DNA from: an uncultured delta proteobacterium
Lineage (GTDB): Bacteria; Myxococcota; B64-G9
Length of the DNA stretch: 64,000 nt
NCBI GenBank assembly: GCA_963754925.1
Contig: CAVWHX010000004.1
Coordinates: 1 to 64,000 of the forward strand
Reading direction: 5' to 3'
Shown in pieces: positions 8,136-18,551 of this stretch (its first letter is position 1; each line of letters opens with the position of its first letter). Position numbers and translations under genes: made by a program. The notes beneath the pieces are model-generated. The model worked only from the letters and a program-made list of their open reading frames with translations, made no database searches and was not told the origin of the DNA.

Positions 8136-9503
8136 CTATTCCAAGTTGTATTTGAGCAATCGGTACCGAATGGACCGAAACGAGATCCCCAATAACAATG
8201 CAGCGTCTTTTTTAACCCCGCCGGTCCGGCGCAAGGCCTCCTGCAATAAACGCAGCTCCACTGAGTTGAGAACCTGCTCCAGCTCTATTCCCTCAGCCGG
8301 GATCTCCGGCACCGGCGCGTCCAGGGTCGGGCCTTTTTTCTGCATGTAGTCGACAAAAAGATTTGGTCCGATCGGTCGTCCGCCGCAGAGCGCCACCGCC
8401 CGCTCCACCATATTTTCCAGCTCACGCACATTGCCCGGAAAGTTGTAATCGGGAAGCACCGCAAGAGCCTCTTCAAGAACCAGCGGTCGCGGTTGCCCCT
8501 CGAGCGACGACACCTTGGCGACGAAGTGCCGCACGAGATCGGGAATGTCTTCGGGCCGCTCGCGTAGCGGCGGTAGAGCAATGCGAATCACGTTCAGCCG
8601 AAAAAACAGATCCTCGCGGAAGTTTCCCCGGCGAACCTCCTCTTCGAGATCGCGGTTGCTGGCCGCCACCACCCGCACGTCCACCGGGCGATCCTTTCCA
8701 TCGCCGAGCCGACGCAAGGTGCGCTCTTGGAGTACTCTGAGGAGCTTAACCTGCACCGGCAGCGGCACCTCGGACACCTCATCCAAAAACACCGTGCCCC
8801 CATCGGCTAATTCGAATAATCCCCGGCGATCGGCGTTCGCGCCGGTGAAGGCTCCTTTGACATGCCCAAAGAGCTCTCCCTCCAAAAGCGTTTCGGGAAT
8901 CGAGGCACAGTCGATCGGCACGAACGCCGCGTCGCGGCGCGGGCTGTGGTAATGCAGCGCGCGCGCCACCAGCTCCTTACCGGTGCCGCTCTCGCCGAGA
9001 ATTATCACATTGGAGCGCGTCGGGGCCGCCAGCTCAACCAACCGGTACACCTCCTGGATTGGCGCCGATCGGCCCACCAGGTTGCCGAAGTCGTAGCGGC
9101 CGCTAAGCTCCGCCTGCATGCGCAGGTTCTCGCGCAGTAACCGCTGGCGTTCCAGGGCCCGCTGGATCACCACCCGCAGCTCGTCAACTTGAAACGGCTT
9201 AGTCACGTAATCATAGGCGCCCAGCTGCAGAGCTTGCACCGCCGTCTCGTTGGTGGCGAACGCGGTGATCATCACCACTTCCACTTCGGGACAGCGCGCC
9301 TTGACATCCTTAAGCAGATCCAAACCAGACTGGCCCTTTAATTTGAGATCCGTGATCACCACATCCGGTACGTGCTCGGCGATCCGTTCCAAAGCCGCGT
9401 CCCGGCTGTCCGCGGTGCGTACCGTCCAACCCTCCTTGGATAATAAAATCTCCAGAAACTCGCGCATGCTGCGTTCATCATCGACCACCAGGATCTCGCT
9501 CAT
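8136..9503 (-). CDS. pilR: Sigma54-dependent response regulator PilR
   Basis: Receiver domain, GESGTGKE, GAFTGA, C-terminal HTH; follows pilS. Confidence 0.9.
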   Translation of the reverse strand: MSEILVVDDERSMREFLEILLSKEGWTVRTADSRDAALERIAEHVPDVVITDLKLKGQSGLDLLKDVKARCPEVEVVMITAFATNETAVQALQLGAYDYVTKPFQVDELRVVIQRALERQRLLRENLRMQAELSGRYDFGNLVGRSAPIQEVYRLVELAAPTRSNVIILGESGTGKELVARALHYHSPRRDAAFVPIDCASIPETLLEGELFGHVKGAFTGANADRRGLFELADGGTVFLDEVSEVPLPVQVKLLRVLQERTLRRLGDGKDRPVDVRVVAASNRDLEEEVRRGNFREDLFFRLNVIRIALPPLRERPEDIPDLVRHFVAKVSSLEGQPRPLVLEEALAVLPDYNFPGNVRELENMVERAVALCGGRPIGPNLFVDYMQKKGPTLDAPVPEIPAEGIELEQVLNSVELRLLQEALRRTGGVKKDAALLLGISFRSIRYRLLKYNLE

Positions 9504-11179
9504 GACACAACTCCCGGTAACCATACCGTGAAACGACTGCCGCCCGCTGGGGGGCTATCCACTTCTATCGATCCCCCATGCGCCTCAACGATACGCAGGA
9601 CGGTTGCCAATCCCAACCCCACGCCCCGTTCCTTGGTGGAGAAAAACGGCTCGAAAATACGCTCGCGCACGTCATTCGGTATGCCGGGACCGTTGTCGGT
9701 GACCGATAGCCGCGCAAGGCTCGAACCATCATAGCATTGCTCACGGTCGAGACTGACCCGGATCGCGCCATCCGCGGAGACGGCATCGGCTGCATTACGC
9801 AATAAATTCCAAAGAATTTGCCTGATCTGGTCCGGATCTACCTGAGCAGTCAGATTCATCAGCGTGCACTCAAACGTTGGCCGCTCTTCGCCGGGGTTGT
9901 GGCGAAAGACTTCCACGGTCTCTTCAATCAGCTCGCGCAGTTGCGTCTCGCGCCGCTGCGGCTCTTTCGGCCGGGCAAACATCAGGAAATCGCGCAAAAG
10001 ATCATCGAGGCGCTTGGTCTCACGCAGGACAATCTCGAGCAGACGCCGCTCACCCTCGTTCTCATAGGCGGCCGTATGGAGCATCTGAACCGCGCCGCTT
10101 ATTGATGCCAAGGGGTTGCGTATCTCGTGCGCGATGCCGGCGGCCATGCCGCCCACCACCGCCAGCCGCTCGGCCCGCTTCATGCTGGCCTGCATTTGTT
10201 TGAGGTGGCTGAGATCCTGCATGTGCACCAAGGTGCCGATTACGCTGCCGTCGGTGTGGGTTAGCGGCGAGAGCGTCAACCCCACGGGCAAGGTCTTGCC
10301 GTCGGTCGGACGTCGATGCTCAACCTCCTCACGCGGCACTATTTGATCGTGCCTGCCAACGACGACCTCCTGCAATAACTCCATCAACGAGGGAAATACC
10401 TCAGATACCGGTTTACCGAGAGCCTCGCGGGCGCGGCAACCGATGATCTCTTCGGCCATCGGATTGAGCAACGAGACGTTGCCGTGGCGGTCCAGGGCTA
10501 ACAAACCCGAACGCATGCTGGAGACGATGTCGCGGTTGAGAGCCGAAACACGGGCGAGGTTACCCTCGGTTTCGCGTAGCTCGCGGCCGGTCCGGCGCAA
10601 TTGCTCACCCAAGTAACCGGACAGCCAGGCAACGACAAAAAACACGCCATAGTCCAAGATTAACAGGTACACCATACGGCCCGGGGGCTGCGGCGTGCGC
10701 TCCCCACCCATGCCGCCGAACAGTAGCAGGCCCCGACTGCCGAGGACAACCAGCGTCCCTAGTAATAGACAGCTTATGCCGGCGGTGATGAAGGTGCCCT
10801 GGCGCCGGAAAAAAATGGCGGCGGCCACCACCGGTAGGGCGAAATAAAAGGTAAAGGGACTCTCAAGAATACCCGTGATATAAACCAGAAGCGAGGCCGA
10901 AAACAGGTCAAAGACGATCTGAAGTACAATGTGCAACTCCCAGCGCGTCAGGCCGATGCGCACAAAAAACAAGTAGACCGCGGTGAGGAGAAATATCGTC
11001 GCGACGAGTCCATACAATAACAACTGATCGATCGAGAAAACCGGCCGCTGGCTGCGCAGATTGAAAAAGACGGTAGCAATGAGCAGGATGATCGCAACCG
11101 CCAAGCGCGTCCCGAGCACCAGCAAAAACCGGCGCTGCTGCTCAGGAGCATCCACGACCTGCGCCTTAATAGTTTCCAC
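9500..11179 (-). CDS. pilS: Sensor histidine kinase PilS
   Basis: Multi-TM N-terminus, PAS domain, AHEIRNPL H-box, HATPase boxes; pilC-pilS-pilR order. Confidence 0.88.
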   Translation of the reverse strand: METIKAQVVDAPEQQRRFLLVLGTRLAVAIILLIATVFFNLRSQRPVFSIDQLLLYGLVATIFLLTAVYLFFVRIGLTRWELHIVLQIVFDLFSASLLVYITGILESPFTFYFALPVVAAAIFFRRQGTFITAGISCLLLGTLVVLGSRGLLLFGGMGGERTPQPPGRMVYLLILDYGVFFVVAWLSGYLGEQLRRTGRELRETEGNLARVSALNRDIVSSMRSGLLALDRHGNVSLLNPMAEEIIGCRAREALGKPVSEVFPSLMELLQEVVVGRHDQIVPREEVEHRRPTDGKTLPVGLTLSPLTHTDGSVIGTLVHMQDLSHLKQMQASMKRAERLAVVGGMAAGIAHEIRNPLASISGAVQMLHTAAYENEGERRLLEIVLRETKRLDDLLRDFLMFARPKEPQRRETQLRELIEETVEVFRHNPGEERPTFECTLMNLTAQVDPDQIRQILWNLLRNAADAVSADGAIRVSLDREQCYDGSSLARLSVTDNGPGIPNDVRERIFEPFFSTKERGVGLGLATVLRIVEAHGGSIEVDSPPAGGSRFTVWLPGVVS

Positions 11180-11301
11180 GGGGGTACCCGCTCAAAAAAA
11201 GATAGCCGAGGCAGAGCATACTCTTTTGTCTGTGAGCATGGAACCAGAAGTTTGGGGGACCCAACCAGGCGGGGCGCAGCGCGCTGCACATAGCTGATTG
11301 C

Positions 11302-12516
11302 CTATGTTATTGCGCCAGCCAGGCTGAATATCGGCAGATACATGGCGACCAGGAAGTAGCCGACCATCCCTCCCAACACCACCAACATGATAGGTTCCAA
11401 CATCGAGGTCAGCGCCTCCACCGCCACGTTGACTTCCTCGTCGTAGAAATCGGCGATTTTGCTAAGCATCTGATCGAGCGCGCCCGTGCTCTCGCCCACC
11501 GCGATCATCTGCACCACCATGCCGGGAAAAATGCCGCTTGAAGCCAGCGGTTCGGCCAAGGTTTTGCCCTCGCTGATCTTCTCACGCGCTAAGAGAATGC
11601 CCTCCTCGACGATCTTGTTGCCGGCCGAGCGCGCTACGATATTGAGCGCGTCCAGGATCGGCACTCCCGAGGAAATCATCGTTCCCAGGGTGCGGGTGAA
11701 TTTAGCGACCGCTACTTTACGTAACAGCGAGCCAAAGAGCGGAACCTTGAGTATACCCTTGTCCCACAGATAGCGTCCCTTTGGCCATTTTTTGAAGTAG
11801 TGCACGCCGACAATAATGGCCACCGTCGTGCCGATTACAAACAGGTAATTGGCGCGCATCCACTCGGAAAGCTTGATGAGGGACATGGTCGTGGCTGGCA
11901 ACACCGCCTTTGCGCCAAAGTCGGCAAACATCTTCTCGAATACCGGAATGACGTAGTACAAAAGAACCATCAAGACCGAGATGGCCACAATCAGAATGCA
12001 GGTCGGGTAGACCATCGCGCCCTTGACCCGTTTACGTAACTTGGCGTTTTTTTCAATGTAGACCGCCAGGCGCGTCAAAATGGTATCGAGAATGCCGCCC
12101 ACCTCGCCGGCTGCCACAAGATTGACATACAGATCATCAAATACTTTGGGATGGCGCTTGAGCGCATCGGCGAAGGTTGCTCCGCCCTCGACGTTTTCTT
12201 TTATGTCCGAAAGAACGGTCTTCATGGTCGCATTGTCGGCTTGCGAGGCGAGGATATCTAAACACTGCACCAAGGGAAGACCCGCATCGATCATGGTGGA
12301 AAACTGACGCGTGAAAATAACCAAATCTTTAAGGGTTACTCCACCGATGCCCGGCAATTTCGGCATGTGCAACTCGATCGGCTTGCGCTTGATCTTGGTG
12401 GGAGAAATCGCCTGGGCCTTGAGCTTTGTGGATACCTCATCAACCGTGGCGGCGTCCATCGTCCCCGAGCGCACTTCACCACTTTTGACCTTGCCTTCCC
12501 AGACAAAGGCTGTCAT
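11302..12516 (-). CDS. pilC: Type IV pilus platform protein (GspF family)
   Basis: FTRQFSTMIDAGLP, AAGEVGG and GESTGALDQML motifs. Confidence 0.95.
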   Translation of the reverse strand: MTAFVWEGKVKSGEVRSGTMDAATVDEVSTKLKAQAISPTKIKRKPIELHMPKLPGIGGVTLKDLVIFTRQFSTMIDAGLPLVQCLDILASQADNATMKTVLSDIKENVEGGATFADALKRHPKVFDDLYVNLVAAGEVGGILDTILTRLAVYIEKNAKLRKRVKGAMVYPTCILIVAISVLMVLLYYVIPVFEKMFADFGAKAVLPATTMSLIKLSEWMRANYLFVIGTTVAIIVGVHYFKKWPKGRYLWDKGILKVPLFGSLLRKVAVAKFTRTLGTMISSGVPILDALNIVARSAGNKIVEEGILLAREKISEGKTLAEPLASSGIFPGMVVQMIAVGESTGALDQMLSKIADFYDEEVNVAVEALTSMLEPIMLVVLGGMVGYFLVAMYLPIFSLAGAIT

Positions 12517-12530
12517 ATCAAAAACCTCCG

Positions 12531-13670
12531 CTACTCAGCACCGCCACCTGAGTTCCGAGCCGCGCGCGAGTTAGCGCCGAGATCGGCGCGCTGGCCCGGG
12601 GTCACGGTTCCGGTCGCCAGCATACCGCGCAATTCGTCAACATCGCTGCTGTAACCCAAACAATCATCAAGGGTGATTTGTTTCTTTTGGTACAACGTCG
12701 ACAGCGATTGGTTCATGGTCTGCATTCCGAATTTGGCCTGACCAACCTGCATCTGGCTGTAGATCTGGTGAATCTTGTCCTCCCGGATAAGGTTGCGTAT
12801 GGCCGGGTTGGGGTTAAGCACTTCAACGGCGAGAACGCGGCCCTGACCGCTGGCCTTCGGAATAAGTTGCTGAGAAACGATGCCCTGCAGCACAAACGAC
12901 AACTGCGCGCGCACCTGCGGCTGTTGGTATGGCGGAAACACATCCAGGATTCGATTGATTGACTGCACACATGAGTTGGTATGTAACGTGGCAAAGGTCA
13001 GATGGCCGGTCTCGGAAACCACCAACGCAGCCTCAATGGTCTCAAGGTCGCGCATCTCGCCGATCAATACGACATCGGGATCCTGGCGCAAGATGTACTT
13101 CAGCGCGCGCTTGAAACTCTGGGTGTCGGCCCCGATCTCGCGTTGGTTGACAACGCAGCTTTTATGCGGGTGAAGATATTCGATGGGGTCTTCGATGGTA
13201 ATAATATGGCTGTGATCTTCGGAGTTGATTTTATCGATGACCGCCGCCAGTGTGGTGCTCTTGCCCGAACCGGTCGGTCCGGTCACCAGCACTAATCCGC
13301 GCGGACGTTTGGCAAAATCCGAGACGATCGGCGGCAGGCCGAGCTCCTCGAATGACAAAATCTTGAAGGGGATGGTCCGAAAGGTGCCCGCGACCGCGCC
13401 GCGTTGCATGAAGATATTGGAGCGGAATCGGCTCAGGCCTTTGACCCCAAACGACAGGTCAAGCTCGTTTTCCTCCTCAAATCGATGTTTTTGAGCATCG
13501 GTCAGAACTGAGTAGCACAACTGGCGGGTCTCGACCGGGCTGAGCGGCGGCGTCTTCAACGGCACGAGTTTTCCGTCGATACGCAACTGGGGCGGCGATC
13601 CGGTGGTGATGTGAAGATCGGAAGCCCCTTTTTCGATCATTGCCTTTAGCAGTTGATGCAAGTTGGGCAT
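12531..13670 (-). CDS. pilT: Pilus retraction ATPase
   Basis: GPTGSGKSTT, TIEDPIE, LRQDPD and AIRNLIRE motifs. Confidence 0.97.
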   Translation of the reverse strand: MPNLHQLLKAMIEKGASDLHITTGSPPQLRIDGKLVPLKTPPLSPVETRQLCYSVLTDAQKHRFEEENELDLSFGVKGLSRFRSNIFMQRGAVAGTFRTIPFKILSFEELGLPPIVSDFAKRPRGLVLVTGPTGSGKSTTLAAVIDKINSEDHSHIITIEDPIEYLHPHKSCVVNQREIGADTQSFKRALKYILRQDPDVVLIGEMRDLETIEAALVVSETGHLTFATLHTNSCVQSINRILDVFPPYQQPQVRAQLSFVLQGIVSQQLIPKASGQGRVLAVEVLNPNPAIRNLIREDKIHQIYSQMQVGQAKFGMQTMNQSLSTLYQKKQITLDDCLGYSSDVDELRGMLATGTVTPGQRADLGANSRAARNSGGGAE

Positions 13671-13721
13671 TTCATTAGCCTCTGGACGGGCGTCTTCGTT
13701 AATAAAAAGAACAATCGACGG

Positions 13722-15422
13722 CTACGCGGAATCGGCCGCTGTTACCCGCACCACCTCTTCTACGGTGGTAAGACCCTCGCGTAATTTCTGTACGCCGGAC
13801 ATCCGCAAGCTTTTCATGCCGAGCCGAATCGCCTCGAGTTTAATCTCGACGGTGGAAGCACCGTTGAGCACCATTTCCTTGAGCGGCTCCCAAAACGGCA
13901 TTACCTCGTACAGCGCCACGCGCCCCTTATAGCCGGTGCTCGCACAGTTGCGGCAACCGACACCCTTGTAGAGCGTCAAGCCGGGGATCTCCTCTGGTTT
14001 GATGCCAAGGTCAAGGAGACTCTGTTCCGGAACCGTTATCGGCTGCTTGCAATCCGGGCAAATCCGGCGCGCCAAGCGCTGCGCCAGGATCATGACGACC
14101 GACGCGGTCACCAGGAACGGCTCCACGCCCATGTTCAACAATCGGCTGATGGTCGATGGCGCGTCGTTAGTATGCAAGGTTGAAAGCACCAGGTGGCCGG
14201 TCAAGGCGGCCTTGACCGCGATTTCGGCGGTTTCAAAGTCGCGAATCTCGCCCACCATGATGATATTGGGATCTTGGCGCAGAAAGGAACGCAACGCAGC
14301 GGCAAAGTTGAGCCCAATCTCCTCGTGCATCTGCACCTGGTTGATGCCCTTGAGGTTGTACTCAACCGGGTCTTCGGCGGTGGTGATATTGACGACGGTC
14401 TGGTTGAGCTCTGAAAGCGCCGAATACAACGTCGTGGTCTTGCCCGATCCGGTCGGGCCGGTGACCAGCATCATGCCGTACGGAGCCTTGATCGCGTCTT
14501 TAAACCACTTCAACGGCTCTGGATCAAAACCAAGCTTGGTCATGTCGAGCTGGAGGTTGCTCTTGTCCAGCAAACGCATAACCACTTTCTCGCCGAAGAG
14601 CGTCGGCAACACGCTCACGCGGAAGTCCATCTCGCGCCCCTTGCCGAGCTTGAGCTTGATACGCCCGTCCTGGGGTAAACGCCGCTCGGCGATGTCAAGC
14701 TCGCTCATGATCTTGACGCGCGAGATGATGGCGTTTTTAAGTTTCATCGGGGGTTTCATCACTTCATAGAGTATTCCATCAATGCGGTAGCGTACTCGAA
14801 ATTCTTTCTCGTACGGTTCGATATGGATGTCGGAGGCGCCCTTCTTTATTGCGTCCAGCAACACGAGGTTGACCAGTCGGATGACCGGGGCTTCCTCAGA
14901 GCTCTTTTCGAGATCGACCACATCAACCTCGGCCTCGTCCTCGGCAACGCCGACCTCGTTTTCATCGAACCCTTCCATCACGGTTTCGTACGAAACCTTT
15001 TGAACGTAGTACCGTTCAAGGGCGCCTCTGATGGATTGCTCAGAGGCCACCATCACCTCAACGTTGTAGCCGGTAACGAATTTGATGTCGTCGATAGCAA
15101 AAATATTCGACGGATCGCTCATCGCCACGCTGATGGTGGAACCGGAGCGGTTGAAGGGGATCAAGCTGTGCTTCTCAGCCACTTCGCGCGGAACCAGGTT
15201 GATGACATCCTGATCGATCTCAAACTCGCTGAGGTCGATCGCCGGAACGCCGTATTGCTTGCTGAGAAACGAGGTGAGCTCGCTCTCCTCGATCATGCCC
15301 AACTTCACCAGGCTCGACCCTAACCGCCCCCCGCTCTTGCGCTGCTCTTCTTGGGCCTTCTTGAGCTGGTCAATGTTGATCATGCTCTCACGAACAAGAA
15401 GCTCACCCAATCTACCAGCCAT
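13722..15422 (-). CDS. pilB: Pilus assembly ATPase
   Basis: RLGELL N-terminus, DIAERRLPQDGR, GPTGSGKTT and tetracysteine motif. Confidence 0.97.
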   Translation of the reverse strand: MAGRLGELLVRESMINIDQLKKAQEEQRKSGGRLGSSLVKLGMIEESELTSFLSKQYGVPAIDLSEFEIDQDVINLVPREVAEKHSLIPFNRSGSTISVAMSDPSNIFAIDDIKFVTGYNVEVMVASEQSIRGALERYYVQKVSYETVMEGFDENEVGVAEDEAEVDVVDLEKSSEEAPVIRLVNLVLLDAIKKGASDIHIEPYEKEFRVRYRIDGILYEVMKPPMKLKNAIISRVKIMSELDIAERRLPQDGRIKLKLGKGREMDFRVSVLPTLFGEKVVMRLLDKSNLQLDMTKLGFDPEPLKWFKDAIKAPYGMMLVTGPTGSGKTTTLYSALSELNQTVVNITTAEDPVEYNLKGINQVQMHEEIGLNFAAALRSFLRQDPNIIMVGEIRDFETAEIAVKAALTGHLVLSTLHTNDAPSTISRLLNMGVEPFLVTASVVMILAQRLARRICPDCKQPITVPEQSLLDLGIKPEEIPGLTLYKGVGCRNCASTGYKGRVALYEVMPFWEPLKEMVLNGASTVEIKLEAIRLGMKSLRMSGVQKLREGLTTVEEVVRVTAADSA

Positions 15423-15592
15423 CGTTTGCCCTCTCCCATGCTTGCCGTATACGCATGATACCCTAGGTATGCGTGATGGTTACTCAATCTGCCGGCGACC
15501 GACCCAACCGTCGGAAAAATCTCGCCTTCGACCTTTGTATTATCCTTGTAAAACAGCCTGGGGTCAAGTTACCGGACGCCTCGGAAGGATGG

Positions 15593-16561
15593 TTAGAAAT
15601 CAACTCCGTCAAGAGGATGCAGGGGAACAGCATTCGGATGACTAACGCCGTACTTCTTCGCCAACCCAACATCGCGTCGTATCTGGGCGACCAATTCCTT
15701 AGCCGAAGAAAAAACCTTTTCGGGCCGCAGTCGTTCGAGGAAGGCGAGCGCCGCCCGTTTCCCGACGAGGTTTCCAACTTTGCCAAACGCATGGGCTTCA
15801 ACGCTGAGGGAACCGGGACCGAAGGTCGGATTCACCCCGACATTCGTCACGCCCAGGGAACCCTGCCTATTTCCTTCCCAAAACAACCACGAGATATACA
15901 CCCCCATTGCCGGCAGTATTTCGGTGTCGGTTTTAATGTTGGCGGTTCGAAATCCAAGCTTTCGTCCGCGCCCGGCGCCGGTCACTACCGTCCCGGTCAA
16001 CACAAAGGGGCGATCTAACAGCAGCGCTGCTCCCCTAACGTTCCCCTCGAGCAGAAATGCCCGCACCCGAGTGCTTGAAATAGCGATCCCTTCGACAGCC
16101 ACGCGCGGAATGATTTGCACGGCGAAACCGTGCTTGGGCGCCAACCGTTGCAGATCCACTACCGTTCCGGCGCGTCCCTTCCCAAAAGTGAAGTCCTCGC
16201 CGACCACAATCCCCTTGACCGCCAGGGTTTCGACCAGCACTAAACGAACAAATTCGTCCGGAGAAAGCGGCGCAAATTGATCATTAAAGTGCTGCGCCAA
16301 GACCACATCAATCGGCAGGGAAGCAAGCGCGCGTAATTTGTTATCGGTCGTTTGAATCAGCCGCGGGCTGAGCTCAGGCGCAAAGTAACGGGCCGGGTGC
16401 GGTTCAAACGTCAAAACAACGGCCTTGGCGTGAAGCTCCCTGGACCACGAGGCCGTTCGATCGAGCAACAATTGGTGGCCGCGGTGCAACCCATCAAATG
16501 AGCCGATGGTAACAACGCTTCTGTCTAGGCGTACGTTACGGTAGTCGTTGAAAACTTCCAT
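15593..16561 (-). CDS. ribF: Bifunctional riboflavin kinase/FAD synthetase
   Basis: GSFDGLHRGH, SSTRVR and GRKLGFRTAN motifs. Confidence 0.95.
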   Translation of the reverse strand: MEVFNDYRNVRLDRSVVTIGSFDGLHRGHQLLLDRTASWSRELHAKAVVLTFEPHPARYFAPELSPRLIQTTDNKLRALASLPIDVVLAQHFNDQFAPLSPDEFVRLVLVETLAVKGIVVGEDFTFGKGRAGTVVDLQRLAPKHGFAVQIIPRVAVEGIAISSTRVRAFLLEGNVRGAALLLDRPFVLTGTVVTGAGRGRKLGFRTANIKTDTEILPAMGVYISWLFWEGNRQGSLGVTNVGVNPTFGPGSLSVEAHAFGKVGNLVGKRAALAFLERLRPEKVFSSAKELVAQIRRDVGLAKKYGVSHPNAVPLHPLDGVDF

Positions 16562-16711
16562 GATAATCCCGATAGCATGCTAACTTGTTTTCGGTCAAGG
16601 ATAAGCTACCCGACCCCCCCCCAACCGTGTCGAATAAAACCAGGCAACTTTCTTGACCAATGTGTTTGGTAGGTAGTATATTCTACTACAAATACATACA
16701 GGGAGGCGGGC

Positions 16712-17140
16712 ATGGGCTATCAGATTGTGGATCGGAGAAAAGAAATAGCTCGTTCCCGACAGGGAAGGCGTCGCCGGTATCCGCGGGTAACCATGGCCAT
16801 GGACACGTACTACGAAAGCGATACGCGCTCCATGATAGCCTCGGGCGGCAACCTTAATCTCCGCGGCATGTTCGTGCCAACTTCCGTCCCAGACAGCGTC
16901 GGGAGTAAGGCGGTCGTCCGGTTGCTCCTTCCCGGAGAAACCAGAATGCTCAAGCTCTCCTCCCGGGTGATCTGGAATAACGACGACGAGGCGGTGGGGC
17001 CAACCGGTATGGGACTGCGCTTTGAAGGCTTACTACCATGGCAGATAAAGCGCATTGCGGCCCACCTACTCAAAGAAGGCGGGTGGGAAGCATTCCCGCC
17101 CAACGCTTCGTTGACCGCAGCCTTCGAACTCCGACTCTAA
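16712..17140 (+). CDS. PilZ-domain protein
   Basis: RRYPR motif, NLNLRGMF, GMGLRF. Confidence 0.8.
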   Translation: MGYQIVDRRKEIARSRQGRRRRYPRVTMAMDTYYESDTRSMIASGGNLNLRGMFVPTSVPDSVGSKAVVRLLLPGETRMLKLSSRVIWNNDDEAVGPTGMGLRFEGLLPWQIKRIAAHLLKEGGWEAFPPNASLTAAFELRL

Positions 17141-17156
17141 CTCCCTGGAGCATGCC

Positions 17157-17438
17157 ATGCCACAGCACACAGTGCCACAGCACACAGTGCCACAGCACAC
17201 GGTGCCACAGCACACGGTGCCACAACACTCAGAGCCACAGCAAACGGTGACCCCTTCAAATACACCTTCTTCCCCGATGACCGACAGTCATCCGCCAGAC
17301 GATGATTATCTCCGAATGCTACGGTTCTATTTACAGAGCAACCGCTGGGTCGAGGAACAAATCTCAGCCGATTTGGAGATCGAAATCGCAACCGAGTTGC
17401 AAGACCTCGAAAAGAGACCCGAGGATTGGGGCTGGTAA
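17157..17438 (+). CDS. Small hypothetical protein with N-terminal PQHTV repeats
   Basis: GGAG upstream; co-directional with its neighbours; acidic helical C-terminus; start uncertain. Confidence 0.45.
   Translation: MPQHTVPQHTVPQHTVPQHTVPQHSEPQQTVTPSNTPSSPMTDSHPPDDDYLRMLRFYLQSNRWVEEQISADLEIEIATELQDLEKRPEDWGW
17160..17249 (+). repeat. 15-bp tandem repeat (CCACAGCACACRGTG) x6
   Basis: Four near-perfect and two degenerate units. Confidence 0.9.
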
Positions 17439-17528
17439 GCTTTTTACACGCCGATCGAAAATATCTTCCTTTTCAATTACCCGCCGTGTTAATGTTGTGC
17501 GAGCATATGTACAACGTTACCTGACGTC

Positions 17529-18449
17529 ATGGACTTAGATAATCTTATTCAGCAAACCGAGCTGCCCGCGGGGAAGTGGTTGATTAGGCTTTCCGATGAA
17601 GTGCTCGGTCCCATCGACGCTCAAGAAATCGTCGAACGTATGTTTACTGGTCAAATAACTGAATTAACACCGCTTTCTTTGGGCGACGGGGAATGGTCCC
17701 CCATTCAGGAACATCTTGGGTTTGTTCCCTTTCTCAACCAAGCAAAGATCAAAATAAAAGCCGAAAACGCGCGCGCCGAAAAAGAGAGACGTGCGCGGCG
17801 TCGACGCACCATAAATCGGATCAATCTTGCGGTGAGCACCCTCATTCTCTCAGCGGTCGGTTTTGCCGCCAGTTACATCGTCATCACCCAGCAACCGGGA
17901 CGCAGTGAAAGTTCACTGCAGGTTTGGGCCAACCGCCATCTTCCCTTGCTCACGATTCCGAGCGCCAGGCCAACCGCGTCTGGCCAGGGATCCATCGGTA
18001 ACGACTCACAGCTCAGCTTCAACATAGATCAGATATTGATTGATGATGCGCCGGCGTTGGTGGGAATTAAGACAGACCTCTCCCGGCGGCGGACCTCTGG
18101 CAGGCAGTACCCTGAAGGCGAAGACGACGGCCGACCGCTGGGCACCGGAACCGGCCCGCTCACCAACGTTGAAATCACTTCGGCGATCAACTCGCGCAGC
18201 AACCTCAGCCGGTTGTTTGCCTGCATCGGCGAAGAGGTCAAACGCAACCGCGATCTCCCATCAACCATTCGGCTTGAGTTTACCATCAACAACGATGGGC
18301 GGGTCGGCGAGGTTCGCATCGATAACATTCAACTCGAAGACGGGGCGCTCCATCAATGCCTCAGACAAAAAGTAGCACTGTTGAGATTTAGATCGTACGA
18401 AGGCGAACGCCGCAACATAGAGATCCCCCTGTCCTGGTCGGCTCGCTAA
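17529..18449 (+). CDS. GYF_2-like N-terminus, TM segment and AgmX/PglI (TonB-C-like) C-terminal domain protein
   Basis: WLIR..VLGP..W N-terminal motif, central TM, C-terminal C..LEFTINNDGRV..CL..F pattern. Confidence 0.6.
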   Translation: MDLDNLIQQTELPAGKWLIRLSDEVLGPIDAQEIVERMFTGQITELTPLSLGDGEWSPIQEHLGFVPFLNQAKIKIKAENARAEKERRARRRRTINRINLAVSTLILSAVGFAASYIVITQQPGRSESSLQVWANRHLPLLTIPSARPTASGQGSIGNDSQLSFNIDQILIDDAPALVGIKTDLSRRRTSGRQYPEGEDDGRPLGTGTGPLTNVEITSAINSRSNLSRLFACIGEEVKRNRDLPSTIRLEFTINNDGRVGEVRIDNIQLEDGALHQCLRQKVALLRFRSYEGERRNIEIPLSWSAR

Positions 18450-18514
18450 CAACTTCAATCTCTCTAGACATCCCTGAAAAACTCACCGTTAGGCAGATTC
18501 AAATAACCAAGAAA

Positions 18515-18540
18515 GTCATGCTCGCGTATGCGGGCATGAC
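18515..18540. repeat. Palindromic REP-like hairpin between convergent genes; possible terminator
   Basis: GTCATGCTCGCGTATGCGGGCATGAC, with outer AAATAAC/GTTATTT complementarity. Confidence 0.55.
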
Positions 18541-18551
18541 CATGGTGTTTG

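Noticed and set aside
13999..14769. Long antisense or alternative-frame ORFs (also 45719-46657, 54745-55623, 57889-58542 and many shorter ones)
   Set aside because: They are shadows of well-supported genes in GC-rich DNA and show no recognisable motifs.
16614..16622. C9 homopolymer as a phase-variation tract
   Set aside because: It is intergenic and not within an identifiable promoter spacer or ORF.
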